From Octopus sinensis (taxonomy: Eukaryota): a stretch of DNA of 64,000 bases. The notes under the pieces are model-generated. The model was not told the DNA's origin. It saw only the letters and a program-made list of their open reading frames with translations, and searched no databases. Below, in pieces: positions 50,874 to 63,770 of the stretch. How positions within the stretch are numbered: the first letter of the stretch is position 1; each line of letters begins with the position of its first letter. Both the position numbers and the translations under genes were made by a program. The stretch spans positions 19,158,001 to 19,222,000 of the forward strand of contig NC_043006.1 in the NCBI RefSeq assembly GCF_006345805.1. Reading direction: 5' to 3'.

Positions 50874-52080
50874 GTTTCATCCACAGGCTGAGGCCATGCT
50901 GGTGCGCTGCTTTTACTGCATCCGGGGATTTTTCCACAATTGCTTCTGGTGATGTAGCGAGTTGAACGTTGCCGCTCTCCTTTTTGCCTTCTACTGCGAT
51001 GTAGGTTCATCCTGTATTGCAAATAAAAAACCGTATAGACGTTTTATGAGGACTTACATGTCCACACCTCGCAGATCCCTGATGTTCTGTGGTATGGCAA
51101 TAAAAAGTTGTGGTCCTTGAATCCCAAGCTATTACAGTATCGGTTTCATATCCTCGATGGAGAAGGAACCTTTGGTACTGTGCAGTGCCGTCCAGTTCGG
51201 GGGTTGTCGTTTCAATTCCGAAATTTGGAGCTAGACCCCCATTATTTTCCACATGTATATCACGGCATATCTCTCACGTCTCCTCTCTAGGGAGTAGAGT
51301 CCCAGTTCCTTTAACCTCTCCCAGTCACCTATATGTTTTATTTAGCCTATCTTCTTTGTGTAGCGGCGCTGGATCACCTCTAGTTCTGCAATTGGTTTTA
51401 CGCTCCCCAGTGACTGTAGTTCGGAGGAGTAGTCCAGAAAACTGAGAACAAAGGTTCTCCAAAGCAGTAGCATTGCGTCTCTGTTCCTGGTCTTGAAGGA
51501 TCTTAGGATCCAACCTGCCACCCACCTGCATAGTGTTGCCATCTGAGCAATGTTCACATGGAAATTGGCGTCGTTTTTCATGTGGATTCCCAGGTTGCGC
51601 ACCGACTCTAACTCTGCTGGTTCTGTGAACTTTAGTTGTAGTTTGTTTGTGGGCTGATAGTGGAGTATACGAAATTTTGCGCCATTGAACAGCACATTAT
51701 TCTGGTCTGCCTACATATATATTGTGCTCAAGTCATTCTGCAGTCTTAGGATATCAGTAGGATCCTTGACCGCCTGTGATACTTTTGTACCGTCGGTGTA
51801 GCTGGAGAGTGTGTCTGAGGGCATGTCCTAGAGAGCAACCACAAACAGTAATCGTCCCAGCACTGTCCTCTAGGGGACTCTGCTGAGGATTGGTGTCACT
51901 TCAGAGAGAGAGAGAGAGCACTATTTGCTGTGAGAGCTTGACTTCTGGCCTACAGGAATCATGCAGCCACATTCCTAGTCTACCAGCGATAACGATATCA
52001 CACAATTTGTAACATATCATCCCATATTCGACTTTGTCAAAGGTTTTGGCAAAGTCGAGATATATCATATCCACATTTGA
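50874..52080 (-). mobile_element. CR1-group LINE 3' fragment, decayed
   Basis: YLDFAKTFD, MLFNGAKFRILHY, VAGWILRSFKTR; same layout as 32033-33566. Confidence 0.8.
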
Positions 52081-52093
52081 ATGGTTATATATA

Positions 52094-53300
52094 CACTACG
52101 TCCCACATTATTAGGCAAACCAACGTTTCTTCATTAAATAAATGTATATTCGTTCAAAATTAGTTGTTGTCCCACTAACTGTTGGCAACACCTATCTGCA
52201 TATATTCTGTTAAAATAAATCGGATCTGCGCAGACGAAAACAAACGGCAGCCATTATCGTGTAGGAGCAACATTTCTGCTGTCCTAAATTATTAGGTAGG
52301 TGCCCAATTTAAGTGTCATTATGAGTAAGAAACGTGATCTTACCTCGAATGAGAAGCCTACCATCGTGTCAGAGCTTGGAAAAGTAAAAAACAATCATAG
52401 AAGTATAAAAAATATTAGGAAGTGATCACTGAACAGAGCAGAAATTTGTGCAGTTTCCGATTTCTGTCCAGTCGAGAGTTATTTCGAATCGTACTTTATC
52501 ACATGTGAAAAGGAAAATTATGCGGAACCCATGTGGGACAAGCAGAGAAGCCTTCAAACGTTGCGGTAAGGAAGACGTATAGAAAACTACCAGATGTGGC
52601 CTCTTGAAGCAGGTAGCCAGGAGTGTTAAACCTGTTACAAAGCCATCTCTGAAGGCTGTTCATAAGCAGAAGAGACTGAAATGGGCAGAAGAATACATTA
52701 AGATTTTTTTTTCAACAGTTCTATACACTGACGAATGCCGTTCTATCCTTGACGGACCAGATAGCTGGAGTAAAGTTTGAGTATTAATCAGCGGGAACCG
52801 ACCTCATCGTTTGCGACGCCATCAGGGAGAAGGTATAATCATGTTTTGGGCTGGCATCGTTGGTGGTATGATGGTTAGGCCATGGAATGTCCCAGATTGC
52901 ATTAAGATGATATCGTAAACATGTTACCTTCTTAAATGACAATTTCCAGCCGTGGTTCAAAAAGCAAAAAAACGTTCATTCAAGAAAAAGCTGATCTTCA
53001 TGCCAAACATGCAGCGAAGAATTCTAAGGAATACCTGCAGCAAATAGACCTCTCTGGAGGTCGTTTGATGGAGTGGCCACCGTGCTCCCCAGACTTAAGC
53101 CCGATCGAAAACCTTTAGAGTGTCCTGAAGAGGCGCGTTTACACAGATGGACGGCAGTTTTCAAATAAAATCGCCTCTGGGATGCTATTGTAGATGCTGC
53201 TCAAAGCATGATACAAGAGGACATGTCTAGGTAATGACTAGATAAAGAATATTCTTTCTGGATTACTTCCACAGTAAAAGATCTTATCACTTCCGAATAC
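52094..53300 (+). mobile_element. Tc1-family transposon relic resembling the TRT (DD37E) group
   Basis: TA|CACT..ATTATTAGGCAA TIR; from ATG 52321, LYTDECRSILDGPDSW, IMFWAGI, WPPCSPDLSPIENL; right TIR not found. Confidence 0.75.
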
Positions 53301-53489
53301 GCTCGAACTTATTAAATGTAATTTTACCCATGTGTATTTTATTTAACGCTGCTTAATGCAACACGCACACACATACATGTGTGTGTATATAGATATCGAA
53401 AAAAATAGAGAAGGAATGCATCTTGCTGAAATGTAATGCATGCTAATTACAAGATATACTTAATACACTGGTTTAAAAAGTTTTTATTT

Positions 53490-55620
53490 CTTAAGTTTGG
53501 ACCGTCTCTCTCAGTAGGAAAGGCCATTTATGTATATTATAAAGACAAGCGGGCCCAAGACAGTCCCCCCCCCCAGGGACACCACTGATAACTTTTACTG
53601 GGCTTGAGTGAACTCCATCGACCATAACATGTTGTGTTCTATTTGCCAGGAAATACTCAATCCAGTCGTAGAAGTTTTCCACGGATTCCAACATTTGCCA
53701 ATTTTGAGAGTAAGATATTATGGCCAACCCTGTTGAACGCATTATTGAAGTCAAGATATGACATCAGAGTTCGAACCTGTTCCCAAGGCTTTAAGTATAT
53801 CCTCAATGTAGTGTAAGATCTGTGTTAGACAGTCCCTGACACAGCGAAAGTCATGTTGATTTGCATTTAGGAGTTTGTGGATCTCCAGGAAGCCAGCTAT
53901 CCTTGATCTTACGACTATTTCAAACACTTTAATGATGTGGGAGGTGAGTGAGATTGGGCGATAGTTGACTGCGAGGGATCAGTTTCTCTGTTTGAAAACC
54001 GGGATGACAAAGTGGGTTAGGAGCTGTTTCGGTATATTACCTGAGCCTAAAGAATTTCTCCGGAGGTTGGTCAGAGAGACCGGTAGTTGGTGCCTACATT
54101 CCTTCGGGAGACTAGCGGGGAATCTATCAGTGCCTACAGCAGAATAGTATTTGACCTCATTTATTGATGCTATGATGTCTGCGGCAGTGAAGGTTATGTC
54201 CGATATTTTATGTTGGGAATCAACTTCGTTCGCTTCTCTTCCTTCAATATCAGTAAAATCACTAAAGACAGAGCAGTATTGTTTCTGCAGTATTTCTGCC
54301 ATTTCTTTTGCATCGCGTTGGGAAATGCCGTTATCATCGATAATGGCCCAATGGGTGAGACAGCGGTTCTATGATTATTTGCATAATAGTAGAACACTTT
54401 TTGAGTTCTGATTGATGTTGATTACTCACTGTTCCTCTGCAGCTCTTTCATTTTCAATATAGGTTTTCATTTTTGTTGAATGTGGATGTTGTATGTGGAG
54501 GTATTTTAATTGTTTAATTTTTACTGAGTCTTTTGATGCGCCTGGTGAGTGCTTTTTTCTTTCTAGGGAGCCCGTTTCTGTTTGTGATAGTGGATTTCGT
54601 AGGAGCGTGTTTTGAGAAGGTATAGGTGACAATGTTCTCAAAGTGTTCCCATGCGGTCTCAATGTGAGTGAAACTGAGAGTGAAGGACCAGTCAATGAAG
54701 GACAGATCCTTTCTGATTGCTCTCCAATCAGCTTTGTGGAAGTTTATGTTGTCAAATAAGTGTCGTGGATTGGGATTGTTTTGATATGACGGAAATCAAA
54801 ATTGCAGAGTAACATATCGTGGTCTGAGAGGATAGTTTTTTCAACTAAAATACTGTGAACGGAGCTAGAGTGTTTGGTTAATATTAGATCCAGGATTTTA
54901 TTCTGTATTGTTGGTTCGAGCAGAAGCTGAGTCAGGAAGAATTTATACATTAGATTAAAAAGTAATTCTGCAGCTACTTTATCTGATGTAGAGCATTTGC
55001 CTAATTTCAGAATATTTGTGGGCCAGTTTATATGAGGGAGGTTAAAATCACCCATCACTAGTATATTTCTGGAGTTGTATGCTTGAAGGAAGGACTTGAT
55101 TTTGCTGAGGCACTCTTCACAGCACTTTAGAGGTGCTTGGGGAGACCTGTAAAGACCAACAATGATTATGTCTTTAGCCTTGTTGAATAGTGATATTCAA
55201 CAATAGCCATTGGAAAATATGTCCTTGGCATCAACTGAAAAGGAGTCATGGAGAAAGATGGCTCTCCCCACTTTATTTTGGTCTGTGCGATCTGCACGGA
55301 TGATGGTGAAATCTTATATTTACACCTCGGTATCGATATGTGTGCTCTTTAGGTGAGTTTCAGTAAGGAAAAGAAAGGAAAGCAATGTGCCGTTTCGGCA
55401 AGCCAACTCTCTATATATGGAATTTTCCATTTTTGGGCAATGAGTGATGGGTTGATGCCACGTGCATTTAATAGAAATGTCGAGGTAAGGATTGTTTGAT
55501 GTTTGCATTGTTCTAAGTTATATTTTACGTTGTTCAGAGGTAGCATGAAGGTAGATTTTGTGTGGAGCTCTGTGTTTATGATTTTGTAGTTGGTGGTGGG
55601 TGTGTGTTCCTTGTGTTTTG
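53490..55620 (-). mobile_element. CR1-group LINE relic, same family as 22070-25630
   Basis: STFLLNARGINP..QKWKI, LTETHL, MGDFNLP, LSDHDM, EILQKQYCSVFS, SPVKVISGVP. Confidence 0.85.
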
Positions 55621-55624
55621 CATA

Positions 55625-56325
55625 AATGGAGATTGAAAGAAGCCTTCGACAATCCTATGTGAGGGAGAGAGCAGGCAAAGAAGTCTGGGTTATAAAAACA
55701 TAATCAAACCCAAATGCCTTCTTTCATTATGCGAAAGAAACAGCATCAGTAAGCCTGCAAGATAGGAGCTCTCTTCCAAAAGGATGGTACCCTCACAGAC
55801 AGTCAAACCAGGATTAGTGAGGTACTGAACGACCAGTTCAAAAATGTCTTTACCAATCCGTTGTAACACAGACAAGTGAACGAACTGGTGGAATTCTTTA
55901 CCGCCTCACCTATAAACAGTGAAGTATTTACGATGGATTACATCGACATTAGCGAAGAAGATATACTACTAGCCATAGATGAGGATGACGCAAGCTCCAC
56001 TTCTGGTCCTGATGATTTCCCTGCAATCCTCCTCAAATCGTATAAGCGTACCCTGGCAAAACCCCCCTGATTCTCTTCCAAAGCTTTCTTGCAAATGACA
56101 GGATGCCAAGCAAACTGACGGAAGAACTAATATGCCCAATCCATTATGGGGGAAGCAGAGCAGATACCAAAAACTTTAGGCACACACCAGTAAAGTCATG
56201 AAACGGATAGTGAGAGGGAAAGTAATCGCATTCCTTGAAGAAACCGACTTGCTGAGTGATACCCAGCATGGCTTTCGACCATGTAGGAGCTGCCTGAACC
56301 AGATCTTACAGCACTATGATTGTGT
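55625..56325 (+). mobile_element. CR1-group LINE internal fragment (32033 family)
   Basis: SGPDDFPAILLKS; DTQHGFRPCRSCL; aligns to the reverse complement of 33330-33560. Confidence 0.8.
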
Positions 56326-56809
56326 TTGATCGTTTATTGTATTCTTCTCCGCTTATAAAGTTTGGTCTGCTGCCAACTCCAAAGAGGAAATGTTCATTTC
56401 AACATAGAAATTGAAAGTCGTATATTACCTGTGAGATTATATGTAGTGAAACATCTGTGTATATTTTCTATACACTTATTTCAGCATATCATGTCATGTT
56501 ACATAATATAACTGCAACAAAGTTAATTGAAATATATCAAGTACAGCTGTAGTGCAGCTCAGCTAAATATTGCATTCACCGAAAAGCTTTTCTGATATAT
56601 CAACGATCGAGACCAATTAAATGTTTTCAGTTTGATGCGGAATTTTACTTTATTGCACAAAAGTACAAGCTCCTGCACTTTTGACACGACATATCAATGA
56701 TGTAATGAAATCTCGTACAAACAGTTATGTCAGTGTATTTGTGTGTGTCTGTACAGAGAGAGAGAAAAAGGAATATTAACTAGAGAAAGCTATATGTGTG
56801 TGTGTGTGT

Positions 56810-57315
56810 GTGGAGGCGCAATGGCTCAGTGGTTAGGGCAGCGGACTCGCGGTCGTAGGATCGCGGTTTCGATTCCCAGACCATGCAATTTGAATGTTTA
56901 TTGACCAAAACACGTAAAGCTCCACGACTCTTCGGCAGTGAGTGGTAGTGAACCCTGCTGTACTCTTTCACCACAACTTTCTCCCACTCTCTCTCCCTGT
57001 TTCGTTGTACCTGTATTTCAAAGGGCCAGCCTTGTCACACCCCGTATCACGCTGAATCTCCCCAAGAACTACGTTAAGGTACACGTATCTGTGGAGTGCT
57101 CAGCCACTTGCACGTTAATAAATGAGCTGCAATGTCACAGGTGCCAAGCTGTATCGGCCTTTGCCTTTCCCTTGGATAACATCGGTGGCGTGGACAGAGG
57201 AGGCAGGTATGCATGGGGGACTGCTGGTCTTCCATAAACAACCTTGCCCAAACATGTGCATTGAAGGGTAACTTTCTAGGTGGAATCCCATAGTCATTCA
57301 TGACCGAAGGGGGTC
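56810..57315 (+). mobile_element. SINE family B head/body with a third, longer 3' module
   Basis: Family B to CACGTTAAT (~57119), then a different ~195-bp tail ending TCATGACCGAAGGGGGTC. Confidence 0.8.
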
Positions 57316-57551
57316 ACAACATATATATATATAAGGCCAAATACATCACGGGGTGAATTGAAGGGAGAGGTGAAGAGCGCGAGAAAAAGAGGGAGATAGA
57401 AGTGTTAACGACGTGCCATGGTGTGGGGACGGAAAGGTAAAGAGATAGATATCTTTAGAATAAAATATTTAGCGAAAAGGCAGAGAGAGGTGGGCAGGGG
57501 AGGCATACCTTATTAACATATTATTGTAGCTATCGTATTATAATATATATG

Positions 57552-57582
<31 letters not shown>

Positions 57583-57691
57583 GAAAGAATGGAGTTGAAC
57601 GACATGTTTTTCTGACGTGAATTTGCTACCCAGGTATCGGTTAACCGAATTATCCATAATAAGATAATTCATTCAACTACTCAATTATATA

Positions 57692-57735
<44 letters not shown>

Positions 57736-58209
57736 CACCAAGGAGCAACGCAGAAATCGGCGAGGAGCACAAATAAACAAGTTGAACAGTCTATTGTCGA
57801 ATGTCGAACAAAATATCACAATTTCGAGTCCTTCCAACAACATTGTTTAATCTGGTCGGGAAAATGAATGTTGCTGGGTTATATACAAGCGGATACGGAA
57901 AGCGAACAATGAACTAACAAATATTTAGACAAGGAATGTAATGGAATAAAATATATGCTCTTTGACTGAATGGTAGGATAAAGCATGTTTTGGAGAGAAA
58001 TGGACAACATTCAGACTAAACAAACATATTCATGCATACATGAATATGTTTGTTTCGAAGTTGTACGAAGTAACATTAGAAAAGAAAAAAAGCATATTTT
58101 TATTTGACGCTAAATTATAAACGAAAGAAACCGCGAGATGAAGAAAAACGACCGTCTAATCCAACAGTCGTTATATGAAACAGTTAGAGGCAGGAAAAAT
58201 GTATGAGTT

Positions 58210-58244
<35 letters not shown>

Positions 58245-58245
<1 letters not shown>

Positions 58246-58546
58246 CCTTAAATCCATAAAAATGTTTCAGCCCGAAGGCCGCGGCCATGCTGGGGCACCA
58301 CCGCTGAATGAGCTACACTAATATGTGAATCCACCTCTGATACGTGGCACTTGATCAACAAGGGAGTTCGATGCTGCTGCCCGCATCTGCGTCTCCTGTC
58401 GTGAGGGAGGTTCATCTGGGACTCCCGACAAGACGCGATCCAGTTTAGTTTTAAAGAAACCCACATCCACACCATGTAAGTCTCTCAGGCATTTAGGGAG
58501 GATGTTAAAGAGCTGTGGTCCTCTGAAACCCTAGCTGTTGCAGTAT
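58245..58546 (-). mobile_element. 3' terminal fragment of the 32033 LINE family
   Basis: Closely similar to 32033-32336. Confidence 0.9.
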
Positions 58547-59729
58547 ATATATATATATCTGTGTGTAAATCTTTATATATGCAAATATATGCCTCTGTGT
58601 GTGTATATACATACACACATATGCATACATGTATGTACGCCGTACATTTAATCTTCTAAATGCTGGCAGTTGTGAAATGTATGCATGTATGTTGTACAGA
58701 CTAAACTTACGTTTAAGTTTACATTAATGTATTTCTTTGTACATTAAAAATTTAAGCAATATTCTCTTTCATATATTCACAACAATATCTCGAATATTCA
58801 TAGCTGCCCGCATTTAGGAAAACAAGTAAATAAATGTCTTTATAGCACTAAAAGCTTTCATAAGTGATTTAGTTTCATTTTTTTTTTTATCGTTCAATAG
58901 AATAGTTAAGTGATATGAAATATAGTTTAATAGAGAGATGAGAAAGTTGTTATCGTCAACTACTTGGAAACTGCATCTATTCATTGGAAGTTGAGTGTTT
59001 TATTGGTGAATATTTTTTCGGTCATTTCTCCCTAGATATTAAAGTTTTTAGTCAAGTACATTGATCAATGTTGACAATGCTTAAGAAATAAACACACCGG
59101 CTCTCGGCGGTATAGTGGTAAGTATTCTAAAGTCAGCAAATTAAAATTATCAAAACTTCAGTCTCAAATGGTTCATACATGTTAAAAACCTGGGAAAAAT
59201 TCCAGTTTGACCATGTATTAGGCGCTATATAATAAATATATGCAAATATAACATTTTACAAAAAAAATCTCTAGAAAGATTCTTCCTATGAATCTAGTAA
59301 CGTTATGTAATTCTGCTAGAAAGTGTGTGTGCTGAAAAAGTGTAAAACAACTAAATTAATTATATAATACCTTACACTTGCCCGGTCATAAATCATTAAT
59401 GCATTTTATTTGTTTTTATCAGTAAATATGCCAAATACAGTTGGGATTATTTTGCAATATTCTGCAATTAATTAAATTTGTACATCTTTCGCATGGAATT
59501 TATCGGTTAAGGCTGTTGTTAACGCTGTCGAAAAGGAAATCCTTCTATTGTTCATTGACTTTATTTGGTATCTTAAATCTTTCACATTTCGTGGTTGTTC
59601 GTTTCGTTTATAATCCCAAGTTATTTGGATCTAAACAAAACAAGAACATTAGAAATTCAAAATTCTCAGTTCGTCCTATTATCACACGTTTTTGTTTGTT
59701 TGTTTCGTTTTTTGTTTTTTCTTTTCTAG

Positions 59730-59854
59730 TTTTCATCATCCATAAGGACGCGAAGATGCGGATCATGATTATCATGGTTTTTGTGATCATAGAATCTATT
59801 ATCTTGTCTTCAGTTATATCGATTTCTCACCCTCCTGATATTTTTACATTTGCT
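59730..59854 (+). other. Candidate exon encoding a signal-peptide-like N-terminus
   Basis: Pyrimidine-rich acceptor TTTTCTAG, ATG at 59756, MRIMIIMVFVIIESIILSSVISISHPPDIFTFA, donor T|GTAAGT. Confidence 0.3.
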
Positions 59855-60376
59855 GTAAGTTCTTATATAACATGCTGACTTGAAAACTTCCAACAAACAA
59901 CGTTAATTACCATATTTATTAAGGAAACGTCTTACTGGTAAACTATCACATAAACAGGATTTCTGGATTGGATTATTTTAGAGTAAATATCTTATACGCT
60001 GAAGTCTTATTTCTTTTATTCCTAATGCTGTATATATTCCTTACAGCTAAGATTTTTTAAAATTAATATTTTATACAATACAATAGAGCGCTAAAAGAGT
60101 TCAGCAAACCCAAAATATTCCGGTATTTAATCAGGTTCTGTTACCCCTTGTGCGTCTGAAACTGATATTAATTTTTTGTCCTTTTGGAATATATTAGTTC
60201 AGAGGAAGAAAAGTTTTCATATAACAAAAGAAGGACGGGGAGAAGAAATAGCGCATCATAGTGCATCGGTTGTTATTGGCAATAGAAAGTTTCTCCTACC
60301 GGTCACCAGGTATTTGTCTAAAATTGTGGAACAAGAAACTTTATACATACATATATGAATACACACACACACACAT

Positions 60377-60422
<46 letters not shown>

Positions 60423-61849
60423 TATATATATGTATATATATATACATAGAAACACACATATGTGTATATATGGTAACCTTCTTTAATACCAGGTTCTCTT
60501 ATTTTATTGAACATCGTCAATTGATGATGATGCGTATACAACAATGATTTAAACGAAGATTACGCTGTCGAAAAGGAAATCCTTCTATTGTTCTCTTATA
60601 ATTCAGTTCTTGAGTTTGCAATAGAGAGTAGCATAATACGAACAACACAGAAATGATTTTGCATGAAAGACTCAGTCTATTTTTTTTTATACCCAACATC
60701 AGCGTCAAACTATTGATGTGACACTTTTTCTTAGAAAATAGAATTCTTATCTGATACAATTATCAGTAATAGGGCTGATTTACGAACACAGCAATATATT
60801 GAATTGGTTGCTAAATGTGCTAAATAAACTAAAATAGGCAACAGCTGCATGTATAGTGAATGCCTGGATTTATTAGCAATTTTCAATGTTCAACGATTAT
60901 CGGTATATCAGCTTACTTCACTCTCTGTATTAATTCATGCAACACAGCCAATAGAAATTCACTTAGTGTGCTTACAGAAGATGAGGAGGATGAGTACTGA
61001 GAATAAGTTTGTTGAGCAGAAAACACTTACATAAAAAGAAATCGATTGTAAACGAATGAAATGCAAACACAAAGGCGCGACTTATTCCTTCATTCAATAT
61101 ATCTGACATTCACGTACAAACACACAGAAATGTATGTATACTTAGTTGTTAGAAATGATATCTAAGTTCAAAAATAATATTTCATTTTTTAATAACTATG
61201 TTACACCAAGTATATAATGATTTACGGCTTAAAAAACAAATTTTCATTATAAAATATTATCACGCGTTAAGTTATTGAAATATAAAGTCTGAATCACAGA
61301 TCAAAGATAAAGATTATGGTGGATGCAAATCATCATTAGTTGATTTGTATCAGCAGAGAATAGTATTTTGATATGGTGTCTTCAAACAAATTATAGCTCG
61401 TTCTTGATCCCCTTTGTGTGTTGACAGAAATGTGTGAACGTAGCAGTAAAGCGCTCAGATACTAAAAATTTAACAATACTAAATATTGAAATATTTAACA
61501 AATGCTGCATATTTGTCTTGTTCTGAGTTCAAATGCAGCGGTGTTACGTTTTGTTTTTTAACTCCCTAAATCTGATACGTGCAACTCACTTCCCTATAAA
61601 ATATACCTTTGTTTATTAATTAAAGAAATCCACCTATATATCTAACTTACCATGTCGGCAAAGTCATCAAAATAATCTAGAGAGAGAAAAATTCTGAAGA
61701 AAAATATTTGGCTAAGAGACCCGTAACGTTTTAAAATTCGACAGAAGTCACTGCTCACTGTTACTACAATATAACATTAGGATGCGGAATTAGGTGCACA
61801 ACATATTAAATATAGATGTAGCATACCAGTATTTAGTGTGGATGCCTGA

Positions 61850-62510
61850 AACATCGATCCCGTGACAGCACTTTACTTAAATTTCGCCACCTTATTATAG
61901 TTGAAAGACTATGCAGAGCAAAGTATAACAAGGCTCTGTCTTGTTGTTTGTAATTGCTCTATTAAAGTTACCATTGATTCTCAGCAAAGCAACTCATAAA
62001 ATATGCTGATGGTATTAAGATAGGAAAAGGAGTAGAGGCTCTAGCTAACAAAGTACCTACTAAAAATCATTGAGTGTAGACATCAAATGAGGCAGGACGA
62101 AAGATAGGTTGAAAGGTTTGAAAGTATATTTCTCAAAAGGATGGGGCAATGTAAAATCTCGTACATTACAAAATTTAGGAAGTGTCAGGTACCACATGTT
62201 AGCGTTCAAATGGGAGGTTTGCCTTGCTGTACACAGATATGTTGTAACAGAACATGGTTCAACAAAGGAAATTTGCAAGTGCTTCGCCGCCATACTTCCA
62301 TTACAGGACAATAGATATACGCAAGGTCACAAAAATTGCAATACCAATTTTAGAAATAAAGTGGGACTTGTGAATTGTATTGTGTGGCGACAATGTGGAA
62401 TCTACATTACAATATTTAGGAAGTGTGAGATTCCATATGTTAGCAGTCAAAGCGAGAGAAATCCCTCTAAAATGGGGGTGCTGTGGTATGGTTTTAAAAG
62501 ATTTGTATTC
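61850..62510 (+). mobile_element. Very degraded LINE RT relic
   Basis: PVTALYLNFA (cf. VDxIYLDFA), KYADGIKIGK (cf. YADDxKI), LQYLGSV. Confidence 0.35.
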
Positions 62511-62924
62511 TTTCTCTTAAATACGAACGAAGTACAGCAGTAGCCAAAAATTCAACGGACGCAACTCATCAATATCCTCACTGAAAGTATAAGAGTATAA
62601 GGTATCTTTCTACTAGTATCTGCTTAACTCAAGGAGCTGGCAGTGTGGTGTGTGTGTGTCTGTCTGTCTCTCTGTCTGTCTGCTTGACTGTCTGTCATTT
62701 TCAAAGTAGCATCTTAACGTAGAGGAAATCTCTTATATATATAGCGAATAAATGGAAGAATGGTGAAATAGATCGAGCCGGAAGCTAGAGGTTTCCTCAA
62801 TGACTGGAAACGTGTATATTTCTTAAACATGATATTTCTCCTCTCGTCGGACGAGGTTAATCAGACTAATATGAGTTTTCAGCTGTGATCACCTGTGTTT
62901 TTCTATATCGATAACTACTAAATG

Positions 62925-63770
62925 TATGTGTTTGTTTCTGTGTGTGTGTGTGTGTGTAAGTAAAATATGCATATGTGAATATGCATATAGTATATATACT
63001 ATATATAGTATGTATATATGTTATAGGTATATACATATAGTATGTATATATGGATATATGTATATATACATATATATGTATGTATATATGTATATAGACA
63101 TATATATGTATGTATATATGTAATATTATATGTATGTTATATGTATATATATATATGTATTATATAGAATATAGGCTATATATATATATATGTAGTATAT
63201 ATGTATTATATGTATGTTATATATCTATGTATGTATATATGTAATCTGTATGTATATATGTATATATGTTATATATGTATGTATATATGTATGTATATAT
63301 GTTGTAGTATATATGTATCTATATGTTATATATAGATGTATATATATATAATGTATGATATATATATGTATATATATTATATGTATTATATTATGTATCA
63401 TATAATGATGTATATATGTATATATATATGTTTGTAATATGTATATATTATGTATGTATATATATATATATCGGTATATATATATGTATGTATATATGTA
63501 TGATATATGTATATATATATGTATGTATATCTATGTATATATATATGTATGTATATATGTCCTTATATGTATGTATATATGATATATATATGTATGTAAT
63601 AGTATATATATATGTATGTATATATGTATATATGTATATAATATATGTATGTTATATATTATATAGTATATATATATATGTATATATGTATGTATATATG
63701 ATGTATATATGTATATGTGTGTATATATATGTATATATGTTATATATATATATATATGTATGTATATATG
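62925..63770. repeat. Degenerate (TA)/(TGTA) microsatellite
   Basis: Low complexity. Confidence 0.95.

Noticed and set aside
59101-59128. tRNA-Asp-like 5' segment (GGTATAGTGGTAAGTATT)
   Set aside because: Only an A-box-like piece; no anticodon arm, T-arm or B box follows.
59441-59878. Hydrophobic ORF as GPCR exon 2 (TM4-like)
   Set aside because: The acceptor at 59729 needs phase 1 for this frame, but the GPCR exon ends in phase 2; direct joining gives Ser and a stop within 5 codons.
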